A program made the position numbers and the translations under genes. Below are positions 13,548 through 26,893 of a stretch of DNA of 64,000 nt, one piece after another; positions within the stretch are counted from its first letter, which is position 1; every line of letters begins with the position of its first letter. Below the pieces are notes generated by a model. It had not been told where the DNA came from. It worked only from the letters and a program-made list of their open reading frames with translations, and made no database searches. This DNA comes from Styela clava (taxonomy: Eukaryota): contig NC_135253.1 in NCBI RefSeq assembly GCF_964204865.1, positions 6,572,001 to 6,636,000 of the forward strand, in the 5' to 3' direction.

Positions 13548-15149
13548 CACACGCTGCGTTACTTCTTCCGTCGAAACGTATTGCAAAATAATTGCCTCCA
13601 GCAAATTGCGACTCGTATTTAAAGAATTTCCATCAGGCGTAAAAAAGGGAATTTCTAAGAATATGCACTACCATCAAAATTGGTTTCATTTTTGCGTTAT
13701 CTATGAAACATGTATGGCGGTTGATGTAAGGATTTATATCTGATGGAATTTGTATGATAACCGAAAACAAATACATATATTTGCCTAATTTTCGGTACAG
13801 GTACTTGAACAGATTAATATGACGTCACACTTTCACGTCATGAAATCGCAAGTGATAGCTTTCTCAATTTGCAACAGACTTATATCTGCAAATTGCACAA
13901 AACAAGCAATTACCAAACCGAGATTTGGCAGGTGCACAAGCACAACAAATTTAAAGATATTGACGCAATTCATTAAACGAAGCGAATTATTGAGCAACAT
14001 ACATTTCGTAATTTTGTATCGCAGAAGGTATTTTTTCCAGGTTAATGAATCTTTAAGATTCAAGAAAAAAAAATATTTCTAGTCTTCTTATTACAAACCA
14101 TATTTTTCCGTAAGACTGGCATTATTTTCAATTCTTGGACCGAATTTGGATATGCATATATAATAATGTTTTTTTCCATTTTCGTCAGTGCCTATTTCTA
14201 TTGTACATTGCCTATGATTAAAATAAAAACTATGTGATTTTCCTGTTTTCTTTGTGCTGTATTCAGGATCTGTTTGCTATTCTAAATATGTCACAAAATC
14301 AACTGTGGATTGCTCTGAAAATTTGAGTTTTTTTGTAAATGTCAAAACAAGAGCTATCCCTCTTGTTTTAATACAAAGACAGGCAAACAAACGACATACA
14401 CATAAAATTGAACAAAACAAGTGGATCTTTTCAAACAGATTTTATGATCGTTATTGTCTTCGACTCTACGTGACTGAGATCAGGGTCAATTTGTGTAAAT
14501 AACTCTTTTGCACGGAGGCGTGGAAATTTATTTAAGGTTAGGTTATTGAAGATTTGTTCGCGCGAAATTGCATATAAGATTAAAATATATTTTCAAATTT
14601 TGAAGTGGCTCTAGCATCTTTTCCTCATTTATACCGAAATTATTTTCATTGTAACCTATTTATTAATCAATATGTTTTCGTATTTTTGTTGACTTAATAA
14701 TTAACTCTCTCCATGAACTCTCTGCCTATAGGTTTCACTCCCTTACGCAACTTGATGTAGAATAGGCGAACAAAATTAGTTATCTCCATATTGGTACACA
14801 CACTTCTGGAGCGCCTTTTGCATTGTTACAACCTATTTAGTTGAGTATTCTAACATTATAATTCAAAATATTGATGCTAAAATATTTGCTACTATTCAGA
14901 AAAAATACAATATCAGTGACGTCATTTTCTACAATGAATTGAAGGAGTTGCTCGGCATTTTAGCCTGTACTGGTCCTACACTGAACATATTGTTTCAAAA
15001 ACTGTTGTTTGTTTCATTATTAGTTTCGAACGTGACTGGATACTCGAGATAGTCGTTTGAACATGATATTTTATGTATAGGCTGTATTTTTAAGCTGAAG
15101 ATTTATGCGATCGATTTTACTGTCCGACAAAAAAGGGTTTTCTCATGGT

Positions 15150-16060
15150 GTCTAAGATGTTTTAACCCTTTTTTTCTGACAATTCGAGGGCGCTGATCCC
15201 AGAAATGCTGTTACTTCTTCTCTATCAGGTCTAGTTTTTGTGCTATCCTCTATATATTCCTCTCTGTGGGAAGCCGATAGCTACAGTAAAAATAGGCAAA
15301 TTGAGGAAACAACATTTCTTCTGTAATTTTATTGAACATATTCATGGAATCTAACTAAAATATCCACAATTAAAGCTGGAAGTTGTAAAAAATGCTGACT
15401 TTAGATGTCATCAGCTATAATTGACGTATCACTGAACTTCTAGAATGGGAGGCATCATCGCGCTTTGATAAACCAACAGTGGTCTGCAATCATGGTGGCA
15501 TCCCAACGGCCTTGATAGAGAACTTTCAAGTCGCTGAAATCTTGCCGGAAGCGCTCTCCTTGCTCAGCGCTAACATCACCTAGATTTTCTGGAAACGGGC
15601 AAGATGGCCGTGCAAGATTTTAACTTGATGCTCATATTTGCACCCAACTGACGGAGACTTGTGAGTAGTGTTTCAACAAGCCATTTGTAGTTGGGCGCCT
15701 TTGTTTTTCCCGATGATTCAAACGATGTTCCGGAAGTATTCGTACCAAGATGACGCATAATCAGAACAACCCCAACCTGGTACACATACTACATACAGGT
15801 TTTGCGCCATCTTGGTACAAATACTTCGGAAGCACCTTGTAAACGCCGTCCAAGCACTTAAAGATGGAAATTTTTTGCAAATATACTTGAGACAGACGCC
15901 AATCTTTCTCAAGAGCCTTCACAAAATGTTTCATGATGCCAAGCTTCATGTGAAGAGGAGGAAACACAATTTTGGAACGCTCGACCAAAGAAGGAGCCAG
16001 AACATTGAGAGAGCCAGGAATCAACTGCGCATAGGCCAATAATTGAATAACCTCGGATGT
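15150..16060 (-). pseudogene. Decayed DNA-transposon transposase (C-terminal part) and likely element end; superfamily not determined (possibly Sola-type)
   Basis: Frameshifted pieces in order: PSLVERSKIVFPPLHMKLGIMKHFVKALEKD / CLKYICKKFPSLS / KAPNYKWLVETLLTSLRQLGANMSIKL / FPENLGDVSAEQGERFRQD...YQGRWDATMIADHCW. I recognise this motif series from a widespread invertebrate transposase family. Boundaries are approximate. Confidence 0.75.
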
Positions 16061-16329
16061 AAATTACAAGTCGGTATTTCTTGCGAGTAATCTCACTTAC
16101 CGGTCCCGCAGCTTTGTCAAACCTTTTTTCTTTTTTTGTGTATTAGAACAGTGCAACGTAACACTTTTTATATTACAAACTGTTTGCGAAACACCAAATG
16201 AAAATTGAAGATTTTCTGGAATCAAAGATTCCAATCCCAACTAATAATATTCTTGATCCTATACTTAATAGGGGAATCACAAAGAGTAACGACTCGAGTT
16301 AGTAAAACGATTAACATATCAGCTCTGCA

Positions 16330-16624
16330 ATAAGCTAAAATTACAAATAAATGTTTTTGAAATCGGACCACAGTATAAGTATGACTCTATAGTGACACCG
16401 AGTGTCCCATCACTAATTAATTAATAACTTGCTAATTATACGACATAAATCGTCCATCGTTAAAAATCAATAGACTTCTGGTCCGAGATATGATGAATGC
16501 ACATGCAAAATTTGGAGCAGAGTCAACCTCGCCTTCTTGAGATATCGCGTTCATCTAACAGACAAACAAACAGACATACAAATACCTATCTACATACTTA
16601 CCGATCTTAAGATCGATAAGTAAT
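16330..16624 (+). mobile_element. Non-autonomous Helitron/Helentron-like element
   Basis: AAATTTGGAG...GAGATATCGCG followed by an (ACAG/ACAA)n microsatellite and a near-perfect terminal palindrome CTTACCGATCTTAAGATCGATAAG (16597-16620). The 5' boundary is uncertain. Confidence 0.5.
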
Positions 16625-17897
16625 AACTGATTATAGAATCGAGAGAGCAAACAAAACCTCAAGTGAGGTTTGAAGCGTACAGATTTTAGATGGAAAGGTA
16701 TTGATAAAAGAAGTAGTACGTGTTCGCTCATCCAAAAGTAAAAAAATAAGTCGAAGCACGAACGCACACACTCATCGAGACATGATGAGGTTGGAAGTGA
16801 AAAAAGCGAGACTTAAAATCAATTAAATTACTCGGTAAAAGGAAAATATAAAAAAAAAATGAATAAATTCTGCTGCCACATCAAATTAATAATTTTATGA
16901 GGATTGTCAAATTGGATACCGACTTAGTCAACAAGAGTTATGTACTGTGGATAGAAAAACATTCATCAAAAGATATCGTCAAGCTGAATATAATTGGAGT
17001 CGCCTAATGCCAAATTGCTCAATCAGAATTGCCAAGTTGGATGTATGAAGAAGGTGGGCTAGACCTGCTTCACTCACCAAATAGAAGCCAAAACTAGCCA
17101 CATCAACGTCCAAATTATTATAAATTCTATTAATCAATAAAAGTACCGGTAATTAAAATTAATTAGGGCGGCTTAAATATAAAAGAGAATTGTTTTGACG
17201 GGCCAAAAGCTTTCATCAACAATATTTAGGCTTGCTTGGACAAGAACCAAATTTCCATTTTGCGATTGAGGGGCGACAAAGGCGTAAGTAAGACTGGGGC
17301 CACGATCCTCGTCGTCTTTCGCCTTCAGTATAGTTTTAAATATCTATCTGCCTTGGCAAAGGTAATCGATGTAAAGCGCTGACTTATAAGCATTGCTGTT
17401 ACAACACTTTCTACTGTGCCTATATAGTCGTACTTTTCACACGGGACTCGAACATAATGAACGAATTGAATAACGTTTGCAAACTGCCTTCCTCTGACAA
17501 ATCCTAATGGCTAAATTTTTGTTATATCTTAAAACCTCATAACCATAACTGATACTCTTAGATGTCGAAGGTAGCGATGTTGAATTTTACTGTCACGCAA
17601 CAGACTCCATTTGAAACGAAATATTCTTTAGTTTGTTTAATTTGTTTTCGATGAAGAAATAGGAAAAAAACAAAAAATTTATAGTAATTCTGAATCAAGG
17701 AACATTCGGTTCTAAATGCCTGTTCATATTATGAAACAGTTTTCTATTAATAAGGCAGTCGGTAGGAAATGCCCATAGAAAAATTTGAGGGTTAATATTA
17801 CAGCATTAAGCAATGCAAGTCTGCTATCGCCAGTTGAGCCAATGTAAAACACATTTTCAAGTCAAGATTCATATCGTTATTGCAAACATTTTTCATG

Positions 17898-19541
17898 TCA
17901 TAACACCTTGGCCATATATGGTCCTTCCGTTTCATAACCAAGTTTTCTGTAATAGTTCCGTGTACCAACACCAGAGATGACTAGAATCTTAGTTGAACCA
18001 TGTTCCTCCTTTGAAATTCTTTCTGCCTCTTCCATCAACAAGGTCCCGAATCCTTGGTGCTGAAACTTACCAGGATCTCTGCAACTCACTGGAACAACAC
18101 TCCCATAAACATGCAATTCTCGAACAATAGAAACACCTTTTCCCTTGACTTCAGGTCTGGAAGAATCGTCAGAACATTTTCTCAACCTCAATAAACCAAT
18201 CAAAATATCTTGCTCGGGGTCTTCATAGCTTAAAAATACTTCCCAGCCACCATTAGCATAATAGTCTCTTCTAATGAGCTCAACTTCGTATGGTTGTACT
18301 TTTTGGTGGATTTCTTGTATTCCTACTTCCCTAGTGCGAACATCTCTGCATTTGGTGCCAAAATCTTCCATCCGAGCTAATGCGAGCTCTCTCAAGTTTC
18401 CATGTTCCACTCCCGATGTTACTAGAGGCATGGGAATATCACGCTGCACACGATAAACCCTGGTCCATGGGGGTACAAGAGCAAGAATGCGAGCAACCAA
18501 GTCAATTAATGTTGAAGGAGGATAACTTTTATATCTACCAGTTTTCCATAATTCATATAAGCCCGTACCACGGATGACGAGAGTGGGGTACAGTTTTATG
18601 CCATCGGGTCTGAAATTTGGATTTTCAAAAAATTCAATGAATTGTTCGATGTCTCTTTCCAAATTAACATTAGGTAAATCTGGCATCATATGTGCCACTA
18701 CTTTAAATCCAGCATCTTTAGATAGTTGGAAACTTTCAGTGACCGCTTTCACGGTATGACCACGATTTGTGTCTCTTGCAATATCTTCATACACACTTTG
18801 AACACCGATCTCGAGTCTGGTACAACCATACAAAAGCATGTCACTCAGATGCTTTTTTAAACAATAATCCGGCCGTGTTTCTATTGTAATACCAATGCAC
18901 TTAGTTATACTTTTTTCTGAATACTTAACGGCCTCTGCAACATCATTGCTAGTATGGCCGGACAAAGCATCATGTAAATTTCTTATAAAATAGTCTCTAT
19001 ACGATTCAGGCAAGGACATAAATGTGCCTCCCATAACAATGAATTCAACTTTATCGACAGAATGTCCTAGTTGTTTCAGCTGCTCAACGCGATGTCTTGT
19101 TTGCAAATAAGGGTCATATCTTGCCCTTATGGCTCGCATTGATGTAGGTTCATACCCTGTGTAAGATTGAGTGGAATATTCAAAATCAGAGTCTGGTCCA
19201 CCTGGGCAATACACACAAATATTTCCTGTCATATTTATATGGGGACATCGATGAGGTTTACACATGACTGCAACTATTGCAACACCACTTGCAGTCCTCA
19301 CTGGTTTGGCACGTAACTTGGGAAGAAGTACTTTTTTATATTTATGTGGAACAGCAGCTATAATGTCTGTTAGTCTTGGCTGAGATGATAATCCATATTT
19401 GCTTGATATTTTACATTTGAGCTTGTTTAAATTTACATCCTTTTTTTCTTTGTGAGCTTCGATCAATTGATTGATGATATCCGCAATGGTAACAGCCATC
19501 AATTCATTTTGAGTGGCTGAAGAAAATTCATTCTTCCCCAT
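17898..19541 (-). CDS. ELP3: Elongator complex protein 3 (radical-SAM + GNAT tRNA-modifying enzyme), intronless CDS, 547 aa
   Basis: [22 protein letters not shown] (CX9CX2C), [29 protein letters not shown]. The ATG at 19541 (MGKNEF) follows a splice acceptor TTTGCAG at 19569. Confidence 0.98.
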   Translation of the reverse strand: MGKNEFSSATQNELMAVTIADIINQLIEAHKEKKDVNLNKLKCKISSKYGLSSQPRLTDIIAAVPHKYKKVLLPKLRAKPVRTASGVAIVAVMCKPHRCPHINMTGNICVYCPGGPDSDFEYSTQSYTGYEPTSMRAIRARYDPYLQTRHRVEQLKQLGHSVDKVEFIVMGGTFMSLPESYRDYFIRNLHDALSGHTSNDVAEAVKYSEKSITKCIGITIETRPDYCLKKHLSDMLLYGCTRLEIGVQSVYEDIARDTNRGHTVKAVTESFQLSKDAGFKVVAHMMPDLPNVNLERDIEQFIEFFENPNFRPDGIKLYPTLVIRGTGLYELWKTGRYKSYPPSTLIDLVARILALVPPWTRVYRVQRDIPMPLVTSGVEHGNLRELALARMEDFGTKCRDVRTREVGIQEIHQKVQPYEVELIRRDYYANGGWEVFLSYEDPEQDILIGLLRLRKCSDDSSRPEVKGKGVSIVRELHVYGSVVPVSCRDPGKFQHQGFGTLLMEEAERISKEEHGSTKILVISGVGTRNYYRKLGYETEGPYMAKVL

Positions 19542-20199
19542 TTTAGAAATTGTTAAAGTATAATTTTTCTGCAAATAAGGATAGATAATTGACACTATTA
19601 AAAAAAACTAGTACATATATAAAATTTTTGAATCATCAGCAGAAATATTACAATTCTGTTTCAACAGGCTTCCTCCCGCAGAAGAGTAGGCTATATTTAA
19701 AAAAAAACATGTTGGCTATATAATGTTCAAAACATGAAATGAACATAACTGTATGAAGTGCTCATGACCATGGAATAAAGAGTCAATGTCAAAACTAGAT
19801 CCGTATGACAATTTATTTAAGTTATTTGTAAAAAATTTATAATTTTAAAGTAATATCACATGACTGGAATTAAAGGTTTACCTCATTCATTATATTTATA
19901 TACTTGCAAAATAGTGATTTGGCTCTTATCATAATTATTATATGGAACCCCAAAAATTTAAAATTCATAATAATGAACAATTAGGTATAACCCAAATAAT
20001 ATTATTTTATAAGATAAGTTGTTAGTATAAGTCACAAAATCATGCATAATAAATACAATACAACAATCTTCACAAGCCACAGCATCAGATACGAAAAATG
20101 AATTATTCAACTGAAATATACAAATACATCTTCAATATAACGAGGACTGTAATTATGAAAACTGCAATAAAAAAAAAAGTTCAGTCTGATTGAGCCAAA

Positions 20200-21138
20200 T
20201 TAACAATTTACACTTTCTTCCATGCTTAGATTACTATTAACTATTTCACGTTTCTCCCTCAGCTTTTCCAAGAAATAATTGATACGTTGAACTTGCAGAG
20301 ATGCATCTTTTGAGATCTGAATGCCATTCAGATCCTGGCAGGTAGAAGATGCATCTGCCTGTACACTGGCCGTCTTAATATGTGAATAGGCATTTTGGTA
20401 AAGCAGTATTGCACCATAGAAATCCCATATTGAAAATTCGGGCCACAAAGCTTTGAGAAATGATAAATATGAAAAAGTGCTTTGCCAAAGTAAGAAATCA
20501 CTCAAACGAACTTCTCCAGAAGTTCTTATCAATAAATCCACGGCTGGAATTTGTAATGTTTGCGAGATCAAGTTCTGTGAAACATCACTGGGTAATAGAA
20601 AACCCATTTGCACACCCCAAGCAATTTCTCTTGTGGCCTCGGTCATTTCCAATCTTGATATATATGCTACACATATATTAAGCCGACACTTATTGTGTGA
20701 CTTTGTCATATTTTGTATTTTAGCTGCCATTTGTCTAAGATCGAGAGAAAGCATGTTAAGTTCTCCAACTATTCGTACTCTCACACCATGAGCTTCCAGT
20801 TGATCTTTCTCCTCCAGAATTTTAGCAAACTTTTGGCGAGCTAGCTCCATCAAGCTATCAACTTCTTCTTTTGATCTCTTAAAATTTTCAGCACTGAAAG
20901 CATATACTGTGACCTCCTCAACACCAAGATCTTGACACCATTTCAGAGTTTCCGCCAGCTTGTCAAAACCTTTTGAATGTCCCTCAATCCTTTGGACATG
21001 CTTTTTCGCTGCAAAACGTCTATTGCCATCCATGATAAACGCAACATGTTTTGGAATAGGTCCATATCGAATAACTTTTAAGCAAAGCTTCTGAACCCAT
21101 GACAGTTCCAATCTGTCATCCTCAAGTATGAGCGACAT
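20200..21138 (-). CDS. DHDDS: Dehydrodolichyl diphosphate synthase (cis-prenyltransferase), intronless CDS, 312 aa
   Basis: PKHVAFIMDGNRR, TVYAFSAENFKRSKEEV, LLIRTSGEVRLSDFLLWQ, LWPEFS; first ATG at 21138. Confidence 0.96.
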   Translation of the reverse strand: MSLILEDDRLELSWVQKLCLKVIRYGPIPKHVAFIMDGNRRFAAKKHVQRIEGHSKGFDKLAETLKWCQDLGVEEVTVYAFSAENFKRSKEEVDSLMELARQKFAKILEEKDQLEAHGVRVRIVGELNMLSLDLRQMAAKIQNMTKSHNKCRLNICVAYISRLEMTEATREIAWGVQMGFLLPSDVSQNLISQTLQIPAVDLLIRTSGEVRLSDFLLWQSTFSYLSFLKALWPEFSIWDFYGAILLYQNAYSHIKTASVQADASSTCQDLNGIQISKDASLQVQRINYFLEKLREKREIVNSNLSMEESVNC

Positions 21139-21199
21139 ATCGACAACCAGGCAACTGCTTGAAAGAGAACTGCATTCACCTAGCGAAAAATGACAACGA

Positions 21200-21620
21200 A
21201 ACAATCCAAAATTTGGTGGATTAACTCATACGGTGTAATCAGGTAACGACCGATATAAAAATGGCTTAGCTAGAAAAATTTCGATAAGTATTCTTATAAC
21301 TGCCTTTTTTCAGATAAAAGATATAACTAATTATAAAATAGCTTTTGTTAACTCTTCCCCGTCCTATCATTGAAAAACGTCACCATATACATGTGGAAAT
21401 CTTGACGACATCGCATACACTGAACACTAAAGGCGCTGACGCGCCACAGACCAATGCGTCGACACGTCATTTCGGTGTTCGTATCTCCCTTCGCAGGGTC
21501 TTGAACTTTTTCTATATTTTGCGCTGCCTTGACTGAAGTGTGATGGATTTTGTTACATTCATATGAAGTCGAAAAAACGCAATGTTGGCAATTCGAAAAA
21601 AGACTTTACCGAAAGGATAC
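21200..21620. promoter_or_regulatory. Probable bidirectional promoter region between DHDDS (-) and COPZ1 (+)
   Basis: Head-to-head genes with a locally CpG-rich patch (e.g. GCTGACGCGCC, GCGTCGACACGTCA) between CpG-poor CDSs. Confidence 0.45.
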
Positions 21621-22494
21621 TCTAGGAAAAAATAATATAATATATAAATGAAAATTTGGCGTTTAGCTAATATGGACCTTTTAAATATTTGGACAACTGC
21701 AGGTTGATGCTGTAATTGATAAGCGAAGTTTTTAAAGATCAACCAAGAAGAAAATTACCCTAAAATACTGTTATTTGGAGTTCTAAAACTGCTCAAGGTT
21801 TAGTTAATATTATTTTTTGGCTTGGCAATTATAGTTGTTTTCATGCATAATGTATTGAATAAAAATATATTTGTAGTTGACATATTTATTGAAGTTGATT
21901 AATCCTTTTGCAAATATTTAACGATAAATGTGCTGTAATCTTATTAATAGCATGAAATAATAGGGTGGAAAATTGTCAGGGGGTTTCCATAATAGCTCTA
22001 AAATCTGTTATTCGAATTATCTCATCGACTTGGGTTATTATCGAACTACTGTTATACTATATATAACGGAACATAAGTAGTGAATATTTATGCACGGATT
22101 TTAAGTCACGATGTGTTGTCATATTGCTTGCAGCTCTTGTAATCTGTGAAGATCAAACAAATTGATTGGCTGATTATTTTACAATAGATATGAGGTTGGT
22201 TGTTCTTCAAAGCATCCCTTTGCTACCTATCCTAATTTCCAATGGCTGAAGGGTACGATAAGGCTTAATAAAATGACTTGAAATATATGTTTTGCCTATG
22301 TATGCCACATGATTTATTTTTAAATAGGGTGTTTTAAGATTGTATTTTGCATGCAATTAAATTTTGATTTCAAATATTCTGAAGCTAAATTCATTGGACA
22401 TTTTTAATGCTACTTTTTGAGGATATATATCTGATCGTAAATTGTTTTCAGTTACAAAAGTATTATTTGATTACAAACAGATTATATAATAATT

Positions 22495-23025
22495 ATGGAG
22501 GGCAATCTTTTGCCATCTCTAGACACTATAAAAGCTGTAATCATCTTGGATAATGATGGAGAAAGATTAATTGCCAAATATTATGATGACACCTATCCCT
22601 CATCAAGAGAACAGAAGTTGTTTGAGAAGAACTTGTTCAAGAAGACTGCAAAATCTGACTCAGAAATAGCATTATTGGAAGGGCTGACAGTTGTGTATAA
22701 AAACAATGTTGATCTATTTTTCTATGTTGTTGGAAGTTCACAAGAAAATGAGCTGATGCTTATGTCAGTTCTCAACTGCATATTTGACACAATGAATATT
22801 ATTTTGCGCAAAAATGTGGAAAAACGAGTTCTACTTCGTCATCTCGATAGTGGGTTCCTGGTTGTTGATGAAGTCATCGATGGGGGTGTCATAATGGCAG
22901 TGGATCCAACTTCTGTCGCAGATCGAATAATCATGAGAGGAGAGGATATACCACTCACAGAACAAACTGTAGCACAGGTTTTACAATCAGCCAAAGACCA
23001 AATCAAATGGTCCTTGTTGAAATGA
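22495..23025 (+). CDS. COPZ1: Coatomer subunit zeta, intronless CDS, 176 aa
   Basis: [71 protein letters not shown]; splice acceptor TTTTCAG at 22451. Confidence 0.97.
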   Translation: MEGNLLPSLDTIKAVIILDNDGERLIAKYYDDTYPSSREQKLFEKNLFKKTAKSDSEIALLEGLTVVYKNNVDLFFYVVGSSQENELMLMSVLNCIFDTMNIILRKNVEKRVLLRHLDSGFLVVDEVIDGGVIMAVDPTSVADRIIMRGEDIPLTEQTVAQVLQSAKDQIKWSLLK

Positions 23026-24808
23026 TGGATTTGTCCCATGGTATTGTTTATAGAAGATGCCTGATATACAGGATCAAAATGCAATAGACTTACTCAGTCA
23101 AATCAGAGCTACAATTACAAAGTTGGATTTAATTTTGTTTGTAGCTTCTGGCTATTGAGGAATCAAATGACTGATACATTTCTAACAAAACAATAGGAAT
23201 GCTGTAAACACTCTTTATTAAAAATACAAACTTGGTGTAATAAAAAGTATTTTTTGAAAATTAATCTTACCACATACATGCATCGTATATGTTCTCATCA
23301 TATGGTCTCTTGCGAAGAATTTCACATTGAAATTCGGGTGTTGTCTAGCACATTTTTATTAGCCTATAACATATCAACAATCTTACACGTAAAGATTTAT
23401 GATGCTTTTGAATTAGTTTTCATTCATGGACTGACTAGACTCCTCCAGTCAAATGACCCTTTTATAGGTAAATTCATAAAACGTCTTGTAATATCTGGTA
23501 CTTAATGGCCCACAACTCTTCATTTTGGGATGAATACTGACTTGTAGAATAATGAGTATTGAGAGTAAAATTTAAAAAAGAACTTGGGACTTTGAATTTT
23601 TTTGCACATATTCGAAGAGCCAACAACCAGAGATGCCCCACAGCACATTACCTTTGCTAACAATCAAGAATAATTTCATTTATCTAAAAATTTGACATTT
23701 CAAGGTCGAAAGAAAAATAAGACTTGAATTTTGACAATGTAGAAAATAAAAATGTTCATTTTCATTATTGTATGTATGTATATATAAATACAGGAGCAGA
23801 GATTGGATATATATCATATATTTTGGTGATTTTCTGTTGAACTGGATCCTGGAAATACAGTGATACCACATACCAGTAGTCTAGCATAATTCTTGTGACT
23901 ACCTAAACTTATTTGCGCCCCTCGCGGCAGTGAAGATTGCTGTATGGTTACTGTGACAGACCCATTCTACTTCGTATCCGTATAGATGTGCGGTGCTCTT
24001 GGCGACTACTGAATTGTTAAAGTATTGAGTCGTTCGACTACAAAGGCAATCCCTGCTAAAGCTGCAAAAAACAGACCAATTTATTACATTTGTACAAAAC
24101 CTATATTTACTGTCAGAGGAATTAGAATATAATATAAAGAGTTCTATTTGACTGAAAAACAAACTGTATGCAAATTAAATGCTGCTCAACAAAACGAACT
24201 GTCAGTATTAGGTTGCGACTTTGCTATCTATTTCGAATGCATTCAAAACTAGTCATATTTGATATAATAAATAATTTGAATTTAGGAAAAATTTAGAACA
24301 ATTTTGATTAAAAATTAGGGATTTGAGTAGTCAAACTAACAGAAAACCATAACCTTTTATTTATGTCGTTTCAGGTGGGATCAACATAAAGATATGGTTT
24401 TTCATTTAATTTTCCACATAAAGTCTGCCCCAATTATGAATGTATTTATATTCAAAATAGTAAAATATTCTGTTTTGACCATCCCTATCTACAATCATTC
24501 CATAGATCACAAACTTGCTTTGAGTGAATTTTCATATTGTGTCATAGCCTAATTTCAGCAAGTTTAATTTCTTATTGAAGATGTACTATTGGGGCAAGAG
24601 ATGGATGATTGACTTTGATTGCATTACGGTCATATTGTTAGCAGCAGTCTGTATATTACGCTACCCATGGTGATAGATAGAGATTTTCCTTCAGTGAAAA
24701 ATTTACACCTCTTAACAAGGACTATGGCATTTCAAGGAGAAATTATTAAAGCTTATCATAAAGCCATGCATGTCTGGTTATTCCTCGAGGCAACTTTCCA
24801 CAAGCATG

Positions 24809-25402
24809 TTATGGCACATCAGCAATATCAGTGGCGAAATGTTCACCCTCTTTCATCATATTCCAAAGCTTGTCTTGCATTGTGTTCATATCCTTGGCCT
24901 CAAAACAGAACGGCTGTATTCCATCTTCTGTCTTAAAAGCACCTTTTGTACTTGATGACCCTTTGCATGTGTCAACGTCCCATTCAAGTTTTGTGATGTT
25001 TTTAAAAAGGCTACATATATATTGGTTTTTAGAAGTGACTGTTACTAACTCTTTCAATAGAGATAGTTGTTCCTCTAATTGTAAGTCAATATCATCCCGA
25101 GTTTTCTGAAGACGCTGCTTTTCTTCAACAAGCTTTTCCATCATTATTTTTTCATCCTCCTTCTCTGTAGTCGCTTTTTCAATTTGTGAAGTCAGTTCTT
25201 CATTTTTTAACTTCTGGCTCGATTTAGCTTCATTCGAAGGTTTTTGAAGGTGGCAAACTGTTTCATTTATCTTATTCGATAAACCAGCTAGTTGAGAGAC
25301 AATTGAAGTCACATCAGTATTGTCTGGCTCCTCAATGCTTGGTGTTGTGAGGATTTCCAATGCTGAATCATATATTTGTTGACGTTTGGTTGATTTGTTC
25401 AT
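24809..25402 (-). CDS. SPC24: Kinetochore protein Spc24 (NDC80 complex), intronless CDS, 197 aa
   Basis: N-terminal coiled coil, then a C-terminal domain QYICSLFKNITKLEWD...KG...IQPF...QDKLWNMM resembling the Spc24 pattern (LY..I.KIEWD...KG...QP...D.LW). Length is typical of Spc24. Confidence 0.75.
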   Translation of the reverse strand: MNKSTKRQQIYDSALEILTTPSIEEPDNTDVTSIVSQLAGLSNKINETVCHLQKPSNEAKSSQKLKNEELTSQIEKATTEKEDEKIMMEKLVEEKQRLQKTRDDIDLQLEEQLSLLKELVTVTSKNQYICSLFKNITKLEWDVDTCKGSSSTKGAFKTEDGIQPFCFEAKDMNTMQDKLWNMMKEGEHFATDIADVP

Positions 25403-26116
25403 TATTTAGTGTGAACTAGGCTATGTGACAAACAGCTGCATTATTAATTCACGATAAATAAATTTAAAGACTAAAGTACAATGGTGAGTAGGCTACTAGA
25501 ATATAAATTACACTGGCACCAGTAATATTTCTTTGTGGTCTTTTTAATTTGTCACTATTCCTGTATACTGGTATAGGCTAGGTGAAGGCTTGAGCACTCG
25601 CAATATTGCCATTCGTAAAGCATCACATGCAGACGTAAGTGAATATTAAATTACTGTCATATAGCAGTATAGGGAAGGAAACTCAAGTATTGAAGTTAAG
25701 AGGCGCAGTTCTTACCACTTCATGGCAGCTCCTGCCACGAACGAACCGCGGCAGCTCTTGCCATGGTTTTATAGCGCTATTCTGTAATCAGTATTAACGG
25801 TATATTCACAAACTAATGTACCAAATTCTAATTGATCATGCGGAATTATATCTACTTAAATCCTAACCCTAACCCCAAATCCATCAAGACTGTATCCATA
25901 AGAAAAACGTTCCAACTTACCCAATATTTGTCACCCTAAGGGACAGCCCTGTCCTTACGGCCCACCTGCCGCGGTTACGGCAGCAAAATTTTACCTGCCA
26001 TTGGTTTTCAATTTGCTGCCGCGGTAACGGCAGCTCGACATTGGTTTGTGGCAGCTAAAAAGTCAGTCGCCATAGGTTTGGCCGTAGCGGCCATGGTATG
26101 GAAATACCGCCATGGG

Positions 26117-26283
26117 GGTCTTACTACTTACTGAATACAGCGCGAAACACCGCAAAGAGCGCAAAACAGCGCGAAACAGCGCAAAAGAGCGCGAAACAGC
26201 GCAAAATAGCGCGAAACAGAGGAAACCAGCGCGAAACAGAAGGAAACCAGCGCAAAACAGAGGGAAACAGCGCAAAACAGAAG
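26117..26283 (+). repeat. 10-bp minisatellite arm (CAGCGCRAAA)n, left half of an inverted pair
   Basis: GGTCTTACTACTTACTGAATACAGCGCGAAACACCGCAAAGAGCGCAAAACAGCGCGAAAC... Confidence 0.9.
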
Positions 26284-26726
26284 ACGCAGTCATTACCACC
26301 TCCTGCCACGAAAGAACCACGGCGCCTCTCGCCATGGTTTTATGGCGCTATTTACAAGGTTATGTACCGGAGTATAGGTCATCACGCGGAATTTTATCTA
26401 CCTTTTTGGTGCTCCAGAAGTATGTGCAGCAAAATGTCGCACAACCTGAATCCGCTTCACACACACATACTATTTTTAGGTTGTGCGCCATCTTGGTGCA
26501 CATACTTCTGGAGGTCCCTTTTTACCTAACCCTAACCCTAAAGCCAACCATATCCATGTGAAAAATGTTCTAAATTATGGTACCCAAAATGTGTCTCCAA
26601 CAGGGGCAGACCTGCCATTACAGCATTACTGGCTACATACGTTGGTTTGTGTTTTTAATTTGCTGCCGTGGTACTCCAACTCAAAACAAGGTGCCCCGAA
26701 CTCATTGCAAAATTTTTTTCTGCTTC

Positions 26727-26893
26727 ACACTGTTTCCTTCTGTTTTGCGCTCTTTCGCGCTGTTTTGCGCTGTTTCCACACTGTTTTGCGCTGTTTCCCT
26801 CTGTTTTGCGCTGTTTCGCGCTGTTTTGCGCTGTTTCGCGCTGTTTTGCGCTCTTTGCGGTGTTTCGCGCTGTATTCAGTAAGTAGTAAGACC
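26727..26893 (-). repeat. 10-bp minisatellite arm, right half (reverse complement of 26117-26283)
   Basis: ...GCGCTCTTTGCGGTGTTTCGCGCTGTATTCAGTAAGTAGTAAGACC is the exact reverse complement of the left arm's outer end. Confidence 0.9.

Noticed and set aside
19542-19595. N-terminal extensions in the ORF track for ELP3 (also DHDDS, ZCCHC9, POP5, PARS2)
   Set aside because: They begin at non-ATG codons and mostly cross splice acceptors; the conserved proteins start at the downstream ATGs.
25861-26540. CCTAACCCTAAC as a telomere or telomerase-RNA template
   Set aside because: Only 2-3 units, duplicated inside a repeat element, with no supporting RNA structure.
26117-26893. Possible CRISPR-like array
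   Set aside because: Contiguous 10-bp tandem units with no unique spacers, no cas genes, and a eukaryotic context.
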